64,000 bases of DNA from an uncultured delta proteobacterium. GTDB lineage: Bacteria; Myxococcota; Myxococcia; SLRQ01. Below, piece by piece: positions 63,670 to 64,000 of this stretch; positions within the stretch are counted from its first letter, which is position 1, and each line of letters begins with the position of its first letter. Made by a program: the position numbers and the translations under genes. The stretch spans positions 672,001 to 736,000 of the forward strand of contig CAVSGM010000002.1 in NCBI GenBank assembly GCA_963727485.1, written 5' to 3'. The notes below the pieces were generated by a model. The model was not told the origin of the DNA and searched no databases. It saw only the letters and a list, made by a program, of their open reading frames with translations.

Positions 63670-64000
63670 GTGGCGAACCGACACCCGGACGAGATGACGG
63701 GCGGTGGCGCGCCGAGCGGCGGGGCCCACCGCCCGCGGGCAGAGGCCTCGGAGACGGCGACCCGCACCGCCCCGGTCACGGCCCCGGGCCGCACCGCTCC
63801 ACCACCCCACCCCACCCCAACGGGGTCCGGCCGCGGCCTCCCGGCGGCGACGGGCATGCGCCTGCGCTTCGGCGGCCTGTGGCGCGCGCTGCTCGACTGG
63901 CTCTTCCGCCCGGTCCACTTCCCCGACGACGCCGAGGAGAGCCTGCGCAAGCTCTCCGAGCGGGGCACGGTGGTCTACGTGGGCCGGGGGGCGGGGCTTC
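63670..64000 (+). CDS. 5' part of a CDS running off the window; possibly a myxobacterial PlsB-like acyltransferase
   Basis: Open frame from GTG 63670 (in-frame ATGs at 63694 and 63856): RFGGLWRALLDWLFRPVHFP...LRKLSERGTVVYV; product call is a recalled resemblance only. Confidence 0.4.
   Translation, partial: MANRHPDEMTGGGAPSGGAHRPRAEASETATRTAPVTAPGRTAPPPHPTPTGSGRGLPAATGMRLRFGGLWRALLDWLFRPVHFPDDAEESLRKLSERGTVVYVGRGAGL

Overview
Very GC-rich bacterial chromosomal DNA, most likely from a myxobacterium (Myxococcota): two proteins carry MYXO-CTERM-like tails and there is a Tgl-type lipoprotein locus beside recO. Most of the window is housekeeping or metabolic (ppdK, glyQS, recO, pyrKD, rimI, dnaJ-like/cbpM, cls, crp-like, pepP-thiS-thiG-thiE, MoxR/DUF58 cluster, aspS), mixed with large secreted proteins and lipoproteins. 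I saw no rRNA, tRNA or CRISPR array. Five single-base frameshifts fall in four otherwise intact genes, two of them in essential glyS, so the assembly probably has indel errors and any frameshift or fusion claim needs read-level checks. The best candidates for a second look are: (1) a coupled operon glpA-glpB-ferredoxin-alkyl-DHAP-synthase-like-GlcE-like-CCG Fe-S-lipid kinase, a possible ether-lipid or alkylglycerol pathway; (2) an HUH (RAYT-like) nuclease flanked by four copies of a 15-17 nt motif and a 9-bp tandem array; (3) a palindromic operator-like motif, present three times at the phasin promoter and once at the aspS-glp promoter; (4) an in-frame CbpM-class III cyclase fusion; (5) tandem paralogous Cys-rich lipoproteins with a constant N-terminus and variable C-terminus; (6) ThiS with a blocked C-terminus, a Cys-less alkyltransferase-like protein, and PPDK with a histone-like tail. 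All family calls come from recognising motifs by eye; no database searches were run.
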